The notes below the pieces were generated by a model. The model was not told where the DNA came from. It saw only the letters and a program-made list of their open reading frames with translations, and did no database searches. A DNA stretch of 64,000 nt from positions 124,001 to 188,000 of the forward strand of contig NW_027139436.1 of assembly GCF_035084215.1 (NCBI RefSeq), read 5' to 3'. Positions within the stretch are counted from its first letter, which is position 1, and each line of letters begins with the position of its first letter. Position numbers and translations under genes: made by a program. Below, piece after piece: positions 13,401-25,079 of the stretch. Origin of the DNA: Heptranchias perlo. Lineage: Eukaryota.

Positions 13401-16400
13401 GGATCCAGAGATTGTACTAATATTTACAGGGGATCCAGAGATTGTACCAATATTTACAGGGGATCCGGAGATTGTACCAATACTTAAAGGGGAGCCAGAG
13501 ATTGCATTAATATTTTCAGGGGATCCAGAGATTGTACTAATATTTACAGAGGATCCAGAGATTATATCAATTTTGACAGGGGATCCAGAGATTGTACTAA
13601 TATTTACAGAGAGTTCCAGTGATTGTCCTAATATTTACTCAAGATCCAGAGATTGCACTAATATTTACAGTGGATCCAGAGATTGTACCAATATTTACAG
13701 TGGCTCCAGAGATTTTATTGATATTTACAGGGGATCCAGAGATTGTACCAATATTTACAGTTGATCCAGAGATTGTACAAATATTAACAGGTGATCCAGA
13801 GAATGTACTAATATTTACAGTGGATCCAGAGATTTTATTGATATTTACAGGGGATCCAGAAATTGTACTAATATTTACAGGAGATCCAGAGATTGCACTA
13901 ATATTTACAGGGGATCCAGAGATTACACTAATATTTACATAGGATCCAGAGATTATACTAATTTTGACAGGGGATCCAGAGATTGTACGAATATTACAGG
14001 GGATCCAGAGTTTGTACTAAAATTTACAGAGGATCCAGAGATTGTACTAGTATTTACAGGGGATCCAGAGATTGTACTAATATTTACAGCGGATCCAGAG
14101 ATTGTACTAATATTTACAGGGGAGCCAGAGATTGCATTAATATTTTCAGGGGATCCAGAGATTGTACTAATATTTCCAGGAGATCCAGAGAATGCACTAA
14201 TATTTACAGAGGATCCACAGATTATACTAATATTTACAGAGGATCCAGAGCTTATACTAATTTTGACAGAGGATCCAGACATTGTACGAATATGACAGGG
14301 GATCCAGAGATTGGACTAATATTTACAGGGGATCCAGAGATTTTACTAATATTAACAGGGGATCCAGAGATTGTGCTAATATTTACAGGAGATCCAGAGA
14401 TTGTACTAATATTTACAGTGGATCCAGACATTGTACTAATATTTACAGGAGATCCAGAGATTGTACGAATATTTACAGTGGATCCAGAGATTGCACTAAT
14501 ATTTACAGAGAGTTCCAGTGATTGTACTAATATTTACAGGTGATCCAGAGATTGTACTCATCTTTACAAGTGATCCAAAGATTGTACTAATATTTACAGG
14601 GGATCCAGTGATTGTACTAATATTTACAGGGGATCCAGAGAATGTACTAATATTTACAGGAGTTCCAGAGATTGTACTAATATTTACAGTGGATCCAGAA
14701 ATTGTACTAATATTTACAGGGGATCCAGAGATTGTACTAATATTCACAGGGGATCCAGAGATTGAATTAATATTTACAGGGTATCCAGTGATTCTACTAA
14801 TATTCCAGGGGATCCAGAGAATGCACTAATATTTGCAGAGAGGTCCGGTGATTGTTGTGATATTTTCAGGGGATCCAGAGATTGTACTAATGTTTACAGC
14901 GGATCCAGAGATTGTACAAATATTTACAGGGGATCCAGAGATTGTACTAATATTTACAGGGGATCCAGAGATTGTACTAATATTTCCAGGAGATCCAGAG
15001 ATTGCACTAATATTTACAGAGGATCCACAGATTATACTAATATTTACAGAGGATCCAGAGCTTATACTAATTTTGACAGGGGATCCAGACATTGTACGAA
15101 TATGACAGGGGATCCAGAGATTGGACTAATATTTACAGGGGATCCAGAGATTTTTCGAATATGAACAGGGGATCCAGAGATTGTGCTAATATTTACAGGG
15201 GTTCCAGAGATTGTACTAATATTTACAGAGGATCCTGAGATTGTACTAATATTAACAGGGGATCCAGAGATTGTACTAATATTTCCAGGGGATCCAGAGA
15301 TTGTACTAATATTTAAGGAGGATCCAGAGATTGTACTAATGTTTACAGAGGTCCAGTGATTGTACTGATATGTAGAGGGGATCCAGAGATTGTTCTAATA
15401 TTTGCAGGTAATCCAGAGATTGTACTAATATTGACAGCGGATCCAGAGATTGTGCTAATATTTACAGGGGATCCAGAGATTGTAATAATATTTACAGTGG
15501 ATCCAGAGATTGTACCAATATTTACATGGGAGCCAGAGATTGCATTAATATTTTCAGAGGATCCAGAGATTGTACTAATATTTACAGGGGAGCCAGAGAT
15601 TGTACTAATATTTACAGAGAGTTCCAGTGATTGTACTAATATTTACAGGGGATCCAGAGATTATAGCAATATTTACAGTTGATCCAGAGATTGTACAAAT
15701 ATTAACAGGTGATCCAGAGATTGACTTCATATTTACAGGGCATCCAGTGATTGTACTGATATTTACACAGGATCCAGAGATTGTATGAATATTTACAGGG
15801 GATCCAGAGATTGTACTAATAATTACAGGGGAGCCAGAGATTGTAATAATATTTACAGGGGATCCAGAGATTTTATTGATACAACAGGGGATCCAGAGAT
15901 TGTACTCATATTTACAGGGGATCCAGAGATTGTACTAATATTGACAGGGGATCCAGAGATTGTACGAATATTTCCTGGGGATCCAGAGATTGTACTAATG
16001 TTTACAGGAGTTCCAGAGATTGTACAAATATTTACAGGGGATCCAGCGATTTTATTAGTACAACAGGGGATGCAGAGATTGTACAAATATTTACATGGGA
16101 TCCAGAGATTGTACTGATATTTACATGGGATTCAGAGATTGTACTAATATTTACAGGGGATCCAGAGATTTTATTAATACAACAGGGGATCCAGAGATTG
16201 TACTAATATTTACAGGGGATCCAGAGATTGTACTTATATTTAGAGGGGATCCAGAGATTGTACTAATATTTAAAGGGGATCCAGAGATTGTATGAATACA
16301 ACAGGGGTTCCAGAGATTTTACTAATATTTACAGGGGATCCAGAGATTGTACTAATATTTGCAGGGGATCCAGAGATTGCACTAATATTTACAGGGGATC

Positions 16401-16703
16401 CAGAGATTGTACTAATATTTACAGGGGACCCAGTGATTGTACTAATATTTACAGAGGATCCAGAGATTGTACTAATATTTACAGGTGATCCAGTGATTGC
16501 ACTAATCTTTACAGGGGATCGAGAGATTGTACTAATATTGACAGGGGATCCAGAGATTGTACTAATCTTTACAGGGGATCGAGAGATTGTACTAATATTG
16601 ACAGGGGATCCAGAGATTGTACTAATATTGAGGGATGATCCAGTGATTGTACTAATATTTGCAGGTGACCCAGAGATTGTACTAATATTTACAGGGGATC
16701 CAG
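7500..16703 (+). repeat. 30-bp intronic minisatellite (GAGATTGTACTAATATTTACAGGGGATCCA), about 300 copies
   Basis: Tandem periodicity filling the GPCR intron; internal higher-order duplication of about 1.6 kb. Confidence 0.97.
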
Positions 16704-16742
16704 CCTAATGTATAATTTTCTGCTTCTTTCCTTTCCTTCCAG

Positions 16743-17641
16743 TGAACTTATTGACGATTGTGATCTTGTCTCGGGGAAAGTGCGGACTCTCCAAATGTGT
16801 CACTCTCTACCTGGTTGCCATGGCAGCGGGGGATCTACTGGTCGTTATCACCGATCTGATCCTCAGGCAGATTCCGATTGTGTTTTACATTTATTTCTAC
16901 TTCCTCTGGTCCATCCCCGTGTGTAATATCCACGCTGTCCTACTTTTCGCAGCCACTGACTGTTCTGTCTGGTTCACCGTCTCTTTCACCTTTGATCGAT
17001 TTGTGGCCATTTGTTGCCAGAAGCTGAAAACTAAATATTGCTCCGAGAGGACGGCGTCTGTGGTTCTGGGAACAGTGACTGTGCTGAGCTGTTTGAAGAG
17101 TATTCCCTGGTATTTTATGTTTACACGTTGGTATACACTAATCAATGAGCCCTGGTTCTGTGCTGTAACACCCAGTGTTATGATTTCACCGATATGGGGA
17201 GTATTCGAACTCCTCCATAATATCCTCACCCCGTGTGTCCCATTTATTCTGGTTCTGCTGCTCAATGCTTTCACCGTCAGACACATTTTCGAGGCCAACA
17301 GAGCCCGCAGGAGACTCCGGGGCCACAGCAGTGGGGAGAGCCCCAGTGACCCAGAGATGGAAAGCCGAAGGAAATCCATCATTTTACTGTTTGTTATATC
17401 AGGGAACTTTATCCTGTTATGGGCCCTGTTTATGGTGTATTCGATGTGGAATCGGATGTTGTGGTTGGGGTTTAGGTCTGTAATTCTACCTAACGTTATA
17501 CAAGAAATGGGGTTCATGCTCCAGCTCTTGAGTTGCTGCACAAACACTTGTATTTATGCCGTGACACAGACTAAATTCAGAGAGCAGTTGAAGAATGTGG
17601 TGAAATATCCCTTTACTGTCATTGTGAAATTCATTAAATAA
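16743..17641 (+). CDS. GPR139-like orphan class A GPCR, coding exon 2 (TM1-TM7 and C-tail); spliced protein 395 aa
   Basis: Polypyrimidine tract and AG at 16741-16742. Open frame VNLLTIVILSRGKCGLSK...YLVAMAAGDLLV...TVSFTFDRFVAICC...LLSCCTNTCIYAVTQTKFRE with seven hydrophobic segments and a DRF variant of DRY. TAA at 17639-17641. Family assigned from recalled motifs; orthology not established. Confidence 0.92.
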
Positions 17642-17884
17642 TGAGAGGATCTGAAGACTTTCTAAGAGCAGAGTCAGTTCTGTGTCGTACGGTGTCTGAT
17701 TCTCTCTCCACCAGGCCGCGGTGCTGGAAACACCGTCTATTCTGCAATCACTGAAACCTTTATAAACGGAGGCTATTTATCAACTCATTTTACAGAGTTT
17801 CTCAAAGTTTATATCTCATGAAAGGACAAGTTGTAAAATAATATGTGGCTCCTGATCGCACCAAAAGTTTGACCATATTGGAGA

Positions 17885-17906
17885 AATAAAATGTTAATAA
17901 AATAAA
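17885..17906 (+). terminator. Clustered AATAAA poly(A) signals of the GPCR gene
   Basis: AATAAA at 17885, 17896 and 17901, about 250 bp after the stop. Confidence 0.7.
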
Positions 17907-17919
17907 CTAAATACAAGCA

Positions 17920-18430
17920 ATCGGTGATCAGTGTGTTAATGGGACGGGAGGTCGAGGAGATCCCAGGACTGTAGGTGTCGGTGATCAGTGTGTTAATGGG
18001 ACGGGAGGTAGAGGAGATCCCAGGACTGTCAGTGTCGGTGATCAGTGTGTTAATGGGACGGGAGGAAGAGGAGATCCCAGGACTGTCAGTGTCGGTGATC
18101 AGTGTGTTAATGGGACGGGAGGAAGAGGAGATCCCAGGACTGTCAGTGTCGGTGATCAGTGTGTTAATGGGACGGGAGGAAGAGGAGATCCCAGGACTGT
18201 CAGTGTTGGTGATCAGTGTGTTAATGGGACGGGAGGAAGAGGAGATCCCAGGACTGTCAGTGTCGGTGATCAGTGTGTTAATGGGACGGGAGGTAGAGGA
18301 GATCCAGACTGTTGGTGTCGGTGATCAGTGTGTTAATGGGACGGGAGGTGGAGGAGATCCCAGGACTGCAGGTGTCGGTGATCAGTGTGTTAATGGGACG
18401 GGAGGGAGAGGAGATCCCAGGACTGTCTGT
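17920..18430 (+). repeat. 57-bp minisatellite, about 9 copies
   Basis: Unit GTCGGTGATCAGTGTGTTAATGGGACGGGAGGAAGAGGAGATCCCAGGACTGTCAGT. Confidence 0.93.
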
Positions 18431-18469
18431 GTCACTGATCTCCGACCCCCCCATGGGAGAGAGAGAGAG

Positions 18470-19392
18470 AGAGAGACCAACAGAGTGAGATTGATAAAGG
18501 TAAGACTGAGTGCAGTGAGAGAGAGAGAGAGAGAAAGACACCAACAGAGGGAGATTGATGAAGGTGAGACTGAGTGTAGTGATGGAGAGAGAGAGAGACA
18601 CCAACAGAGGGAGATTGATAAAGGTGAGACTGAGTGTAGTGATGGAGAGAGAGAGACACCAACAGAGGGAGGTTGATCAAGGTGAGACTGAGTGCAGTGA
18701 TGGAGAGAGAGAGAGAGACACCAACAGAGGGAGATTGATAAAGGTGAGACTGAGTGCAGTGATGGAGAGAGAGAGAGACACCAACAGAGGGAGATTGATA
18801 AAGGTTAGACTGAGTGCAGAGAGAGAGAGAGACACACACACCAACAGAGGGAGATTGATCAAGGTGAGACTGAGTGCAGTGATGGAGAGAGAGACACACA
18901 CCAACAGAGGGAGATTGATAAAGGTGAGACTGAGTGCAGTGATGGAGAGAGAGAGAGACACCAACAGAGGGAGATTGATAAAGGTGAGACTGAGTGCAGT
19001 GATGGAGAGAGAGAGACACCAACAGAGTGAGATTGATAAAGGTAAGACTGAGTGCAGTGAGAGAGAGACAGAGAAAGACACCAGCAGAGGGAGATTGATC
19101 AAGGTGAGACTGAGTGCAGTGATGGAGAGAGAGAGAGAGAGAGACACCAACAGAGGGAGATTGATAAAGGTAAGACTGAGTGCAGAGAGAGAGACACACA
19201 CCAACAGAGGGAGATTGAAAAAGGTGAGACTGAGTGCAGTGATGGAGAGAGAGAGAGACACCAACAGAGGGAGATTGATAAAGGTGAGACTGAGAACAGT
19301 GATAGAGAGAGAGAGACACCAACAGAGGGAGATTGATCAAGGTGAGACTGAGCACAGTGATAGAGAGAGAGAGACACCAACAGAGGGAGATT
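18470..19392 (+). repeat. About 60-bp minisatellite with an embedded (GA)n tract
   Basis: Unit CACCAACAGAGGGAGATTGATAAAGGTGAGACTGAGTGCAGTGATG(GA)n; second array at 26700-27258. Confidence 0.93.
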
Positions 19393-19419
19393 GCCGTCTG
19401 GGTGAATTGAAGGAAAGAG

Positions 19420-19570
19420 AGACTTGCATTTCTGCAGCACCTTTCAGAACATCATGACGTCCCAAAGTGCTTGACATCCAATGAAATAGTTTTGAAGTGT
19501 CGTCGCTGTTGTTGGAAACGCAACAGCCAATATGAGCACAGCAAGATCCCACAAACAGCACTGTGATGAT
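19420..19570 (-). mobile_element. 3' fragment of a Deu-domain tRNA-SINE (SacSINE1-like)
   Basis: CAGCAAGATCCCACAAACAGC core and tail matching the fuller copy at 35130-35600. Confidence 0.65.
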
Positions 19571-20280
19571 GATGCGATTGGGCAGTTTCCTGACCAGACG
19601 GTCGAATCCATTTGGCAGAACGTCTCATCACCAGAACTGACCAACAGACACCAGGATGGAGCCTGGATGGTGGTGAGAAGGACCCTCCCAGTGCGGTCCT
19701 TCCAACACGCACAGAATCTCAGCACCACCCCGAGCTCCCTCGAGGCTCCGGCGGGGAGGAGACTGTCGTCCACCTCCTGATGGACTGCCCCTTCGCACAG
19801 AGGGTGTGGAGAGAGATGTGTTGGTATCTGTCCCGGTTCATCCCCAACAGTTCGGTAACACAGGACGCCGTGCTCTACGGGCTGTTCCCAGGACGCACAC
19901 CGAGACAGATATCACCTGTGGCTGGAAGACCATTAACTCGGTGAAGGAGGCCCTTTGGCCCGTCCGAAACCTGCTGGTCTTCCAGCTGAAGGAGCTGTCC
20001 ATGACCGAGTGTTGCCGACGGGCACACTCCAAGGTCCAGGAGTCCGTGCTGCGGGACGCACTGAGGCGAGGTGCGGCCGACGCAAAGGCTGCACGGGGAG
20101 AGGTCACCGTGTGAGGCCACCCCACCCTGTATCGTACAGAATGCATTCGGAAATATGCTCTGTGTTTTAAATTGTGTCCGATCTCTATTGTCTTGTTTGA
20201 ATTGTAATTGTGTATTTACATTGAACTGTGGGTATCATTAAATTTTATGAAATAATGTAAATTTTGAGATTAAAAAAAAC
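19570..20280 (+). mobile_element. 5'-truncated, frameshifted Tx1/L1-type LINE: ORF2 C-terminal zinc-finger region, 3' UTR and A-tail
   Basis: GGEETVVHLLMDCPFAQRVW (HLLxxC motif), then WKTINSVKEALWPVRNLLVFQ; AT-rich UTR ending ATTTTATGAAATAA...AAAAAAAA. Confidence 0.8.
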
Positions 20281-20339
20281 AAACCTCATTCAATCTGCAC
20301 CTTGAGGACTGGGTCCCTCCATCCCCGTCTCCCCCGATC

Positions 20340-21417
20340 TCTCTGACGCCCTATCTCTCTCTCTCTCTCTCTATCCCCCTCTCTCTCCATCCCCCTCTCT
20401 CTATCCCCCTCTCTCTATCCCCCAATCTCTCTCTCTCTCTCTCTCTATCCCCCAATCTCTCTCTATCCCCCAATCTCTCTCTCTCTCTATCCCCCAATCT
20501 CTCTCTCTCTCTATCCCCCAATCTCTCTCTCTATCTCTCTCTCTCTCCCCCTATCTCTCTCTCTCTCTCTCCCCCTATCCCTCTCTCTCCTCTATCCCCC
20601 TCTCTCTCTCTCTATCCCCCTATCCCTCTCTCTCTCTATCCCCCTATCCCTCTCTCTCTCTATCCCCCTATCCCTCTCTCTCTCTATCCCCCTATCCCTC
20701 TCTCTCTCTATCCCCCTATCTCTCTCTCTCTCTCTCTATCCCCCTATCTCTCTCTCTCTCTCTCTATCCCCCTATCTCTCTCTCTCTCTATCCCCCTCTC
20801 TCTCTATCCCCCTATCTCTCTCTCTCTCTCTCTATCCCCCTCTCTCTCTCTCTCTCTATCCCCCTATCTCTCTCTCTCTCTATCCCCCTCTCTCTCTCTC
20901 TCTCTATCCCCCTATCTCTCTCTCTCTCTATCCCCCTATCTCTCTCTCTCTCTATCCCCCTATCTCTCTCTCTCTCTATCCCCCTATCTCTCTCTCTCTC
21001 TATCCCCCTATCTCTCTCTCTCTCTATCCCCCTATCTCTCTCTCTCTCTATCCCCTATCTCTCTCTCTCTATCCCCCTATCTCTCTCTCTCTATCCCCCT
21101 ATCTCTCTCTCTCTCTATCCCCCTATCTCTCTCTCTCTGTCCCCCTATCTCTCTCTCTCTATCCCCCTATCTCTCTCTCTCTATCCCCCTATCTCTCTCT
21201 CTCTATCCCCCTATCTCTCTCTCTCTATCCCCCTATCTCTCTCTCTCTATCCCCCTATCTCTCTCTCTCTATCCCCCTATCTCTCTCTCTCTATCCCCCT
21301 ATCTCTCTCTCTCTATCCCCCTATCTCTCTCTCTCTCTCTATCCCCCTATCTCTCTCTCTCTCTCTATCCCCCTACCTCTCTCTCTCTCTATCCCCCTAT
21401 CTCTCTCTATCCCCCTA

Positions 21418-21449
<32 letters not shown>

Positions 21450-21820
21450 TCTATCCCCCTATCTCTCTCTATCCCCCTATCTCTCTCTCTCTCTCTCTAT
21501 CCCCCTATCTCTCTCTCTCTCTCTCTCTATCCCCCTATCTCTCTCTCTCTCTCTATCCCCCTATCTCTCTCTCTCTCTCTATCCCCCTATCTCTCTCTCT
21601 ATCCCCCTATCTCTCTCTCTCTCTCTATCCCCCTATCTCTCTCTCTCTCTCTCTATCCCCCTATCTCTCTCTCTCTCTCTCTATCCCCCTATCTCTCTCT
21701 CTCTCTCTCTATCCCCCTATCTCTCTCTCTCTCTATCCCCCTATCTCTCTCTCTCTCTCTATCTCCCTATCTCTCTCTCTCTCTCTCTATCCCCCTATCT
21801 CTCTCTCTCTCTCTCTCTTT
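20340..21820. repeat. Compound (CT)n/CTATCCCC microsatellite
   Basis: About 1.5 kb of near-pure pyrimidine sequence. Confidence 0.95.
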
Positions 21821-21849
21821 CACACTCTCTCTATTACCGAAGTCACTCT

Positions 21850-22345
21850 TTATCTGTTTTTCTCTCACGGCTCCCGGCGCCACATCGCCGATCAGTTTGT
21901 CCAATCCCTGGATCCCCATCGGGCCTCGGGCCTCGGGCTCCGCCGCTCCCGCTTCTTCCAACCGATCAATTTGGCGCGCGATGGACCCCGCTCCTCCAGT
22001 GCGCCCAATCGACCCCCCCGATCGCATCGATCCCGCTCCTCCAGTCCGCCCAATCCACGCCTCGATCGCATCGATCTCACACCTCCAGTCCCGCCCAATC
22101 GACCCCACGATCGCTTCCATCCCGCTCCGTTCCCGATGCAGCGACTCTACCGATTCGATTGCGCGGGTGTAACAGCGATCAATCGCTCCCCATCGTTCAG
22201 CACGCCGGGATACCGGCCGCCACCTTGATCAGGGAGTCGTCCCGCAGCTGAAAATAACCCACCACCGCCATCTTGGTGAAGGAGAGGGAGGCGCTTGAGC
22301 GGCGGCCATCTTGGTAAAGGAGGAACAATGGCCGCCTGTCACATT
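21850..22345. promoter_or_regulatory. CpG-island-like block with two YY1-type GCCATCTT motifs
   Basis: Very high CpG density with repeated CGATCG; CCGCCATCTTGG at about 22265 and GGCCATCTTGG at about 22304. Function not established. Confidence 0.5.
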
Positions 22346-22364
22346 GACCTGAACTCATGTCAGC

Positions 22365-23560
22365 AATCTTCCAACACCAGGTTACAGTCCAAGAGTTTCA
22401 TTTGAAAATCACAAGCTTTCGGAGGCTTTCTCCTTCGTTGGATTCCTTGAAAATTACCGCAAATATAGTCAGAGAACAGTGCCTGGTGATTACAGATAAT
22501 CTTTCCAACTGCCCGTTGTCAAGGCGATCAGACGGAGAGACATTACATACAGGACGACTGAATATACAAATGGCCAGAACCAAAGACAGAGAGAGAGAGA
22601 AACATCCGACAGGAAGAGAAAGACAGAGAATGACCAGTTGTATTAAAAACAGATAACTCTTTTTCCCCCTCTGGTGGGGTTACGTGCAGCGCGACATGAA
22701 CCCAAGATCCCGGTTGAGGCCGTCCTCATGGGTTTCAAACAGCCACCCAACCTCAAACAGACCATCGTTCGCAGCAAATTACCCAGCTCTCAGGAGAACA
22801 GCGTCCACGACACCACACAACCCTGCCACGGCAACCTCTGCAAGACATGCCAGACCATCGACACAGATACCACCATCACACGAGAGGATACCACCCACCA
22901 GGTACATGCTCCTGTTACTCGGCCAACGTTGTCTACCTCATACATTGCAGGAAAGGATGCCCTCCGCGGAGCATGGTACATCGGCGAGACCATGTAGACG
23001 CTGCGACAACGGATGAACGGACACCGCGCAACAATCGCCAGACAGGAGGGTTCCCTCCCATTCGGGGAACACTTTAGCAGTCAACGACATTCAGCCACCG
23101 ATCTTCGGGGAAGTGTTCTCCAAGGCGGCCTTCGAGACACACGACAACGCAAAATCGTCGAGCAGAAATTGATAGCCAAGTTCCGCACCCATGAGGACGG
23201 CCTCAACCGGGATCTTGGGTTCATGTCACGCTACACGTAACCCCACCAGCGGGAAAAAAAGTTATCTGTTTTTAATACAACTGGACATTCTCTCTCTCTC
23301 TCTGCCCTTCGGATCTCTTTCTCTCTCTGTCTGTGTAATCTGACCCACTGTGTGTTCAGTATACTGGGATGTAATGTTTTCCGTGGCTAATCTGTCTGAA
23401 CACCAACGACACCTTTGATTGCTGTGATTGTCTCCCAGCCTAATATATGATATGCGATTTTAAAACCCTTCACTCACGAACCTGACGAAGGAGGTAAGCT
23501 CCGAAAGCTTGTGATTTTCAAATAAAACTGTTGGACTATAACCGGGTGTTGTAAGATTCC
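22365..23560 (+). mobile_element. Penelope-like element remnant: degenerate GIY-YIG endonuclease and 3' end, preceded by an inverted copy of the 3' end
   Basis: FKQPPNLKQTIVRS...C..C, ANVVYLIHC, WYIGET, RMNGHR...HF...GLNRD across frameshifts; 22365-22735 is the reverse complement of about 23185-23560. Confidence 0.9.
23474..23514 (+). ncRNA. Minimal hammerhead-ribozyme motif in the Penelope-like terminal repeat
   Basis: CTGACGA (23482-23488), GGAG/CTCC stem, GAAA (23503-23506), then palindromic AAGCTT. Confidence 0.65.
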
Positions 23561-23564
23561 TAAA

Positions 23565-23885
23565 ATAATGAAGCAGTCCGTGCCCGCATGCAGCAAGACC
23601 TGGACAACATCCAGGCTTGGGCTCAGAAGTGGCAAGTAACATTCGCGCCAGACAAGTGCCAGGCAATGACCATCTCCAACAAGAGAGAGTCTAACCACCT
23701 CCCCTTAACATTCAACAGCATTACCATCGCCGAATCCCCCACCATCAACATCCTGGGGGTCACCATTGACCAGAAACTTAACTGGACCAGCCATATAAAT
23801 ACTGTGGCTACAAGAGCAGGTCAGAGGCTGGGTATTCTGCAGCGAGTGACTCACCTCCTGACTCCCCAAAGCCTTTCCACCATCC
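23565..23885 (+). mobile_element. Non-LTR retrotransposon RT C-terminal fragment (CR1/L2 group), same family as 25655-26700
   Basis: MQQDLDNIQAWAQKWQVTFAPDKC...ILGVTIDQKLNWTSHI. Confidence 0.9.
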
Positions 23886-24074
23886 TTGTGATAATAACCG
23901 TCGGCCACTGGGTGTCGGTGTAACAGCACCAGATGTCTGCTTCTGTATCTCTCCCACTCTCGCTCTCCCTCCTGTTGCTTCTCTCACTCTAATTCTCTCT
24001 CTGTCTGTGGGTATCCTTAAATTTTATGAAATAAAGTAAAATTTGAGATTAAAAAAAACCGAACCTCATTCATT

Positions 24075-24810
24075 CTGAACCTTGAGAATTGGGTCCAGTT
24101 CTGGTCAGACTGCATCTTGAGGACTGGGTCCAGTTCTGGTCAGACTGCACCTTGAGGACTGGGTCCAGTTCTGGTCAGACTGCACCTTGAGGACTGGGTC
24201 CAGTTCTGGTCAGACTGTGCCTTGAGGACTGGGGAGAACGAGACAGTGGGATGAGTTTGGGATTGATACAGGACGATGGGGAGAGAGTGGGGCAGTGGGA
24301 TTAGTGTGAGATTGATACAGGTCTATGGGAAGAGAGTGGGGCAGTGGGATTAGTGTGAGATTGATACAGGACTATGGGGAGAGAGTGGGGGAGTGGGATT
24401 AGTGTGAGATTGATACAGGACTATGGGGAGAGGGTGGGGCAGTGATTGATGCAGGACTATCGGGAGAGAGTGGGGCAGTTGGATTAGTTTGGGATTGACA
24501 CAGGACTATGGGGAGTGTGGGGCAGTGGGATTAATGTGAGATTGATGCAGGACGATGGAGAGGGAATGGGGCATTGGGATGAGTTTGGGATTGATACAGG
24601 ACTATGGGGAGAGAGTGGGGCAGAGGGATTCGTGTGAGATTAATACAGGGCAATGAGGAGAGAGCGTGGCAGTGGGATTAGTGTGAGATTGATACAGGAC
24701 TATGGGAAGAGAGTGGGGCAGTGGGATTAGTGTGAGATTGATACAGGACTATGGGGAGAGAGTGGGGCAGTGGGAATAGTGTGAGATTGATACAGGACTA
24801 TGCGGAGAGA
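24075..24810 (-). repeat. Inverted 35-bp and 49-bp minisatellite arrays
   Basis: Reverse complements of the units at 2745-5172 and 1590-2745. Confidence 0.9.
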
Positions 24811-25079
24811 GAGTTTAGCAGAAACCACACCAAAGACAGCTGGTTCCTTGTGATAATAACCGTCGGCCACTGGGTGTCGGTGTAACAGCACCAGATGTCT
24901 GCTTCTGTATCTCTCTCACTCTCGCTCTCTCTCCTGCTACCTCTCTCACTCTAATTCACTCTCTGTCTGTGGGTATCCTTAAAGTTTATGAAATAAAGTA
25001 AAATTTCAGCTAAAAAAAACAAATCTCATTCATTCTGCACCTTGAGGACTGGGTCCAGTTCTGGTCAGACTCCAAATGT

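Noticed and set aside
8191-16708. Long ORFs (GDPEIVLIFT and RGSRDCTNIY repeats, up to 333 aa)
   Set aside because: By-products of a 30-bp repeat inside the GPCR intron, with frequent frame switches
16897-17547. 216-aa antisense ORF
   Set aside because: Shadow of GPCR exon 2 with no independent features
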